Shown here one piece after another: positions 56,954 to 60,966 of a DNA stretch of 60,966 nt. The notes under the pieces are model-generated. The model had not been told where the DNA came from. It did not search any database and worked only from the letters and a program-made list of their open reading frames with translations. Both the position numbers and the translations under genes were made by a program. Position 1 is the stretch's first letter; each line of letters starts with the position of its first letter. The stretch is from a virus, in UHGV virus genome UHGV-0202911; one strand, written 5' to 3'.

Positions 56954-58411
56954 ATGGCTGACAACACTGAGTATAGCAAAAAACACCCGGATTATTCCGA
57001 GTCATACCAACGCCGGGGGCTGGCCCTTGACCTGTATGAAGGCGGCAGGCGTGTGGAGGAAAACCCCGCGTATCTTATCCGGCACCCGTACGAGACGCAA
57101 AAGCAGTATGATATCCGGTTCCAGCGGGCCACCTACCGCAATTTTGCGGCCCCTATTGTTGACGTGTTCGCCAGCTTCATCAACGAGGGGAGGCCCCAGC
57201 GCGTATTGCCCGCCAAGCTTGAGGATATGCAGGAAAACGTTGACCGTCTCGGCACCAAGGCCAATACCTTCTTTGCCGATGTGACGCGCCTTGCCGCTGC
57301 CGGGGGCATCAGATTTGTGCAGGTTGATGCGGAGCCTCAGGCGGGCGTTACCCAAGCTGAGGCGGAAGAGGCCGGGCGCAGGCAGTGGCCTTATTTCATC
57401 TCCCTTGATCCCACGGACGTATGGGATTGGGAAATCGGCGCGGACGGTTTGGATTGGGTTGTTATCCACGGCGCAGGTATGGAGGGGAATGCCCCATTCA
57501 CCAAGGGTACGCGCTACGAAACCTTGACCGTGTGGACGCGGACGGAATGGACGCGCTACAGGCGGGAAACGGATTCCACGGCAAAGGCAGCGACCAGCCT
57601 CGGGTGGAAAGAATACGACAAAGGGATAAACCCTTCCGGGGTGGTCCCCGTAGTGCCGTTTACGTTTGAAGATACGGCGGGTTCCATCATGTCCGGCGTC
57701 CCGGCAACGGATGACGTTCTTTCGCTTGTTCTTCGCATTTACAGGCGCGATTCCGAACTGGATAAGATGCTGTTCGACCGGGCCGTCCCTCTGCTCAACG
57801 TCAATGGCCTAAGCAAAGAGGACTGGGCAGATTTTGTCGTGGGAAGCTCTAACGCCCTCATGAGCACGGACCCAGGCGGCATCACCGCGCAGTATGTGGA
57901 ATCCACGGGAACCTCCTTTTCGGCGCAGACTGAATTTTTGACCCGTGACGAGAACTCGGTGCGTGAAATCGCGCTCCGCATGATCCGCCCGCAGTCCGGG
58001 GTAGGGGAGTCCGCCGAATCCAAACAGATTGACCGTCAACAGCTTGATACACAGCTTGCGAACTTTGCCCGCAGGTGTGCCAATGCTGAGGCGCAGTGCT
58101 GGAAAATCGCGGCCCGATGGATGCGACTGGACGATCGCGACATTTCCACGCCCTATACTGAGAATTACGATGTAGAGGCCGCAGGGGATGCAATTGTGTC
58201 TGCGCTGGTATCCCTGAACTCGCAAGCTATCATCTCCAAGCAAACCATCAGGGACACATCCGCAGTCAAGAAGATGATGCCCGAGGGATGGAAACCAGAA
58301 GAGGAAGAGACGCGGTTGCAGCAAGAGCTTGGAAGCACGAGGGGAGCTTCTGGAACTTTGCGTTTGCCGAATATTCTTGGAGGGACGGGAACGCAAGGCA
58401 TGAATATTTAA
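56954..58411 (+). CDS. portal protein
   Basis: 486 aa between terL and MuF. Confidence 0.65.
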   Translation: MADNTEYSKKHPDYSESYQRRGLALDLYEGGRRVEENPAYLIRHPYETQKQYDIRFQRATYRNFAAPIVDVFASFINEGRPQRVLPAKLEDMQENVDRLGTKANTFFADVTRLAAAGGIRFVQVDAEPQAGVTQAEAEEAGRRQWPYFISLDPTDVWDWEIGADGLDWVVIHGAGMEGNAPFTKGTRYETLTVWTRTEWTRYRRETDSTAKAATSLGWKEYDKGINPSGVVPVVPFTFEDTAGSIMSGVPATDDVLSLVLRIYRRDSELDKMLFDRAVPLLNVNGLSKEDWADFVVGSSNALMSTDPGGITAQYVESTGTSFSAQTEFLTRDENSVREIALRMIRPQSGVGESAESKQIDRQQLDTQLANFARRCANAEAQCWKIAARWMRLDDRDISTPYTENYDVEAAGDAIVSALVSLNSQAIISKQTIRDTSAVKKMMPEGWKPEEEETRLQQELGSTRGASGTLRLPNILGGTGTQGMNI

Positions 58412-58497
58412 AGATAAAGGTACGGTTCGCGCCGTGCCTTTTTACTTCCAATGGGTTGTGATGTTTGGTAGAATGGCGGGTATAGGGAGGATAAAAA

Positions 58498-58805
58498 TGA
58501 AAGAGCTTACCAAAGTTGAACGTGAACCTTACCGTAAGGCTATTGAAGACGCCGTGATGAATCTTTGTGCCGCATGTAGTAATGCTCTTGCACAAGGCTT
58601 AGATGTAGACATTAATATTCAACATTTAACTGATTTCGATCCGCTGAAAGGGCCTATCCGTGGTATCACTTCAAACAGAATTATAACCGCAAACCATAAA
58701 ATGCCCATTGAAGAAATAGTAAGCCCTTACTCTCCACCGTCAGTAAAAATAGATATTGAAGGGTGTAATAGAGATGATATTGATCTTCGAGAGGCTGCAA
58801 AATAA
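58498..58805 (+). CDS. hypothetical small protein (AT-rich insert between portal and MuF)
   Basis: GGGAGG RBS. Confidence 0.4.
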
Positions 58806-58808
58806 AGA

Positions 58809-60887
58809 ATGAATACCCAAGACCTCGCTGAACTCTATCTTCTCTCCCGTTCCCTTTGGTGGCAGCATGAACTCGGCTTGCTTTCCGATCAGGCCGTGTC
58901 GGAACTCATCAAAGTGCTGCGTTCGGCACGTGCCGGAATCGTGGCGCAAATCGAAGCCGAAGCACAAGGTCTGGCCTCCATTTCGGAGTGGACGAGGGAA
59001 AGGAATGACCAGATTTCCGCATGGATTGACGATGTTCTTGCGGGCACATCGGCAAGCGTCACCAGCTACATTTCCGAAGCGTCCGTAGGCGTGGCCCTTG
59101 CGTCCGTGGCGACGTACAACAGCATCCTGTCTTTTGACGGGAAAGCAAAGGCGGTAAAGCTGGTTGAAGGGCTCACACGGGAACAGGTGAAGCAATTCTT
59201 CCAAGACCAGCCCCTAGGCGGGAAATTACTTTCCGACTGGGTGGGCAATGCCTTCTCGACCGGGGCGCGGGATTCCATTCTGGACGCCATCCGCGAGGGC
59301 GTGGTCATGGGTGAGGGATACCGCAAGCTCGTCAAACGCGTCATGACGGCGGCTGATGCGGGATTCTCCATTACTCAACGCGAGGCCACAACCTTAGTCC
59401 GAACGTACGTTCAGAGTGCAAATACGGGCGCACAAGAAGCGGTTTACGAGCAGAATGAGGGAATAATCAAGGGATACAAGCGCGTTGAGACGCTCGATAA
59501 CCGTACATGCCGAATCTGTGCGTTGGCAGATGGAGCCGTGTATGGGAAAAACGAGAAACGTCCAGAATTACCTGCTCACCCCAACTGTGTCATAGGTGAA
59601 ACGTCCATCTTTGCCCCTGACTATATCGCTGCATTTGTCACCTCCTATAGCGGCCCGGTATTCGAGATTACTTTTTCCAACGGCACACGGGTCACCACTA
59701 CCGGAAATCACATGTTCTTGACAGACAAGGGCTTCACCCCCGCGAAGTCTTTGAACAAGGGAGAAAATGTATTCTGCGGCTCCGGAAAAGTCGTCTCTGG
59801 TGGAGTTTTTCCCCCAGATAATAATGGGCAACCAACCAGAATTGATAAGATAGTCGATGCGTTTTCTAAATCTGAGGGAGTGAGTTCCGTAAGAGTGCCA
59901 ACATCCCCCGAATATCTCCACGGCGATGGGGAATTCTGTCAAGGCTATATCGATGTTATAGCGCCCGATTGCCTTTTGAGGGGTGATCACGAGACCTTTT
60001 TCAATGAGTTTTTGGGCGAGAATTTTTTCTCCAAAGCTCTTGATAAGACCTTTTCTTTCGATACCAAGCGCTATTTTCCTCCTATGTTCTTCGGATTGTG
60101 GCTTGCCTCTAACTGCCATATGAGCGGCAGAAGTATTCTTGATGTTTTCCTGTCTGGTTCTACCGGATGCCATCATCCTGTTGGCCTCAGTATTAGTCCT
60201 TCTGGAAACGCCTGCTTCAATGAGAATAGATTTAATGACGATTCTCTCGGTATTATACCTTCTTGCAAGTTCCCTTTCAGAAGTTCCATTAACATACGAA
60301 AAAATAAGTTCTTCTCTGGGGATTCTTTCTCCAATTTTTCCGGTGGGCAATCCCATTTCCTTGATACGCCTAATAATAGTATTGGTAGAAACGCCGAATT
60401 CCTTAGCTATTTGAGAAAAGCGTTCATAAGCAAAATACCGTTTACACAAGTCGTCGGTATCAATATCCGTTCTTTTTTTGGGCATATGTATGACCTCCAA
60501 ACAATAAGTTCATTATATCAAGTGAACGGAATAGTTACAAGCAATTGCCGAGGCGTATATGTACCGATCTTGAAAACATTTCGAGAGATTGGGTTGAATA
60601 TAGACGAACTTGAGGAAGTTGCGAGGCCGTGGACTATCCGAGAGCAGGGGCCGATAGGTACGGGCGGTCGAAAAATCCTGAACTTCGGCACCACGAAAGA
60701 GAATTTCGGCGGCTGGTGGGAATCCCTCTCGGCAGAAGACAAGCTGAAAACCAGTGTCGGACCAGTGCGTGGAAGGTTGCTTCAAGAGGGACTAGTGCGA
60801 TGGGAAGACCTGAGCGATAAGCGCACAGGGTTGCCGTACACGCTGGAACAGTTGGGGTTTGATGAACAGGGAAATCCGTTGCGCTAG
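58809..60887 (+). CDS. head morphogenesis protein (MuF/SPP1 gp7 family) interrupted by an in-frame intein
   Basis: extein ...RTCRICALADGAVYGKNEKRPELPAHPN|C..intein..N|CRGVYVP reconstitutes the MuF HPNC(R) motif. Confidence 0.7.
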   Translation: MNTQDLAELYLLSRSLWWQHELGLLSDQAVSELIKVLRSARAGIVAQIEAEAQGLASISEWTRERNDQISAWIDDVLAGTSASVTSYISEASVGVALASVATYNSILSFDGKAKAVKLVEGLTREQVKQFFQDQPLGGKLLSDWVGNAFSTGARDSILDAIREGVVMGEGYRKLVKRVMTAADAGFSITQREATTLVRTYVQSANTGAQEAVYEQNEGIIKGYKRVETLDNRTCRICALADGAVYGKNEKRPELPAHPNCVIGETSIFAPDYIAAFVTSYSGPVFEITFSNGTRVTTTGNHMFLTDKGFTPAKSLNKGENVFCGSGKVVSGGVFPPDNNGQPTRIDKIVDAFSKSEGVSSVRVPTSPEYLHGDGEFCQGYIDVIAPDCLLRGDHETFFNEFLGENFFSKALDKTFSFDTKRYFPPMFFGLWLASNCHMSGRSILDVFLSGSTGCHHPVGLSISPSGNACFNENRFNDDSLGIIPSCKFPFRSSINIRKNKFFSGDSFSNFSGGQSHFLDTPNNSIGRNAEFLSYLRKAFISKIPFTQVVGINIRSFFGHMYDLQTISSLYQVNGIVTSNCRGVYVPILKTFREIGLNIDELEEVARPWTIREQGPIGTGGRKILNFGTTKENFGGWWESLSAEDKLKTSVGPVRGRLLQEGLVRWEDLSDKRTGLPYTLEQLGFDEQGNPLR
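59568..60485 (-). CDS. homing-endonuclease-like protein (HTH and NUMOD-like motifs plus a DUF559/Vsr-like PD-(D/E)xK nuclease) encoded antisense inside the intein
   Basis: GGAGGT RBS 5 nt before the ATG; HTHs QIAKEFGVSTNTIIRRI and ERELARRYNTERIVIKS; GKPQSEEHRRKI (NUMOD3-like); NIDIALTEFPIAVEIFGGCWH (DUF559-like). Confidence 0.6.
   Translation of the reverse strand: MPKKRTDIDTDDLCKRYFAYERFSQIAKEFGVSTNTIIRRIKEMGLPTGKIGERIPREELIFSYVNGTSERELARRYNTERIVIKSILIEAGVSRRTNTEANRMMASGRTRQENIKNTSAAHMAVRGKPQSEEHRRKIALGIERKGLIKSFGEKILAQKLIEKGLVITPQKAIGRYNIDIALTEFPIAVEIFGGCWHSYGTHSLRFRKRIDYLINSGWLPIIIWGKNSTRDDFSGAAEYIFSLVQRLRGGEALVCQEHVISGSGDPCAVGKSNLEYRAAIGGDKCSDIVRGKDGRFTYDTVGVSR
59586..60545 (+). mobile_element. 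intein, 320 aa (Hint blocks A, B, F and G present; no in-frame endonuclease domain recognisable)
   Basis: block A CVIGETSI; block B TTGNHMF; block F HMYDLQTI...; block G NGIVTSN followed by +1 Cys; length is a multiple of 3. Confidence 0.65.
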
Positions 60888-60966
60888 TGGCTCTTGACCT
60901 TCCCAACAGGAAAATTTATCTTCTAGAGAAGAAGGGCGGCAAGTGCGCTAACACTCACCGCCCCGT

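Noticed and set aside
59800-60480. + strand interior of the intein, searched for LAGLIDADG, HNH or GIY-YIG endonuclease motifs
   Set aside because: No such motifs were found. The region translates as low-complexity sequence, and the recognisable endonuclease-like gene is on the opposite strand.

Overview
The window reads as a complete, circularly permuted temperate siphovirus-like phage genome of about 61 kb, GC-rich with several AT-rich islands; it is probably from a sulfate-reducer-like host, although host assignment is not possible from sequence alone. The 3' end (TerS, TerL, portal, MuF/gp7) continues logically into the 5' end (scaffold, major capsid), so the two window ends are adjacent in the phage.

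Layout, in coordinate order:
- Head and tail module (+, 425..7273), with a G/GT tail-chaperone pair made by a programmed -1 frameshift.
- An 11.5 kb moron island (7.4..18.9 kb) inserted between the tail chaperones and the tape measure gene. It carries a Gly/Trp-rich repeat protein, an Arg/Asp/Tyr-rich disordered protein, a Bro-N/KilA-C antirepressor, hicAB next to an HExxH peptidase-like gene, a NYN nuclease, Rha and BRO genes, a zinc-ribbon/VRR-NUC nuclease, a lipoprotein and a YbjQ-domain protein.
- Tape measure, minor tail proteins M/L/K, a gpI-gpJ-like 1696-aa host specificity protein, tail fiber and fiber assembly protein (18.9..31.1 kb).
- Tyrosine integrase and excisionase with candidate arm-type sites (31.4..33.1 kb).
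- Early-gene leftward operon (33..42 kb), including Lar-like and DUF551-like proteins, an AAA_24 ATPase and a pentapeptide-repeat protein.
- A GC-rich non-coding block and three tRNA or tRNA-like genes (42.1..44.3 kb).
- An AT-rich immunity region with a (CT)22 microsatellite inside an ORF, and CI-like/Cro-like genes with TACC-N4-GGTA operators (44.5..46.5 kb).
- Replication genes, RusA, dUTPase, a DUF4096/zinc-ribbon protein, a lysis cassette, and an oppositely oriented PAPS-reductase-like pair (46.7..55.1 kb).
- TerS, TerL, portal, and a MuF/gp7 head-morphogenesis gene interrupted by an intein (55.1..60.9 kb).

The intein is the most striking feature. A homing-endonuclease-like gene with its own ribosome-binding site lies antisense on the opposite strand and occupies essentially the whole interior of the intein.

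A second notable point is that the zinc-ribbon/VRR-NUC protein in the moron island shares a 20-aa motif with the MuF C-extein, with synonymous divergence at the DNA level. This suggests a split MuF-type nuclease effector that may be packaged in the virion.
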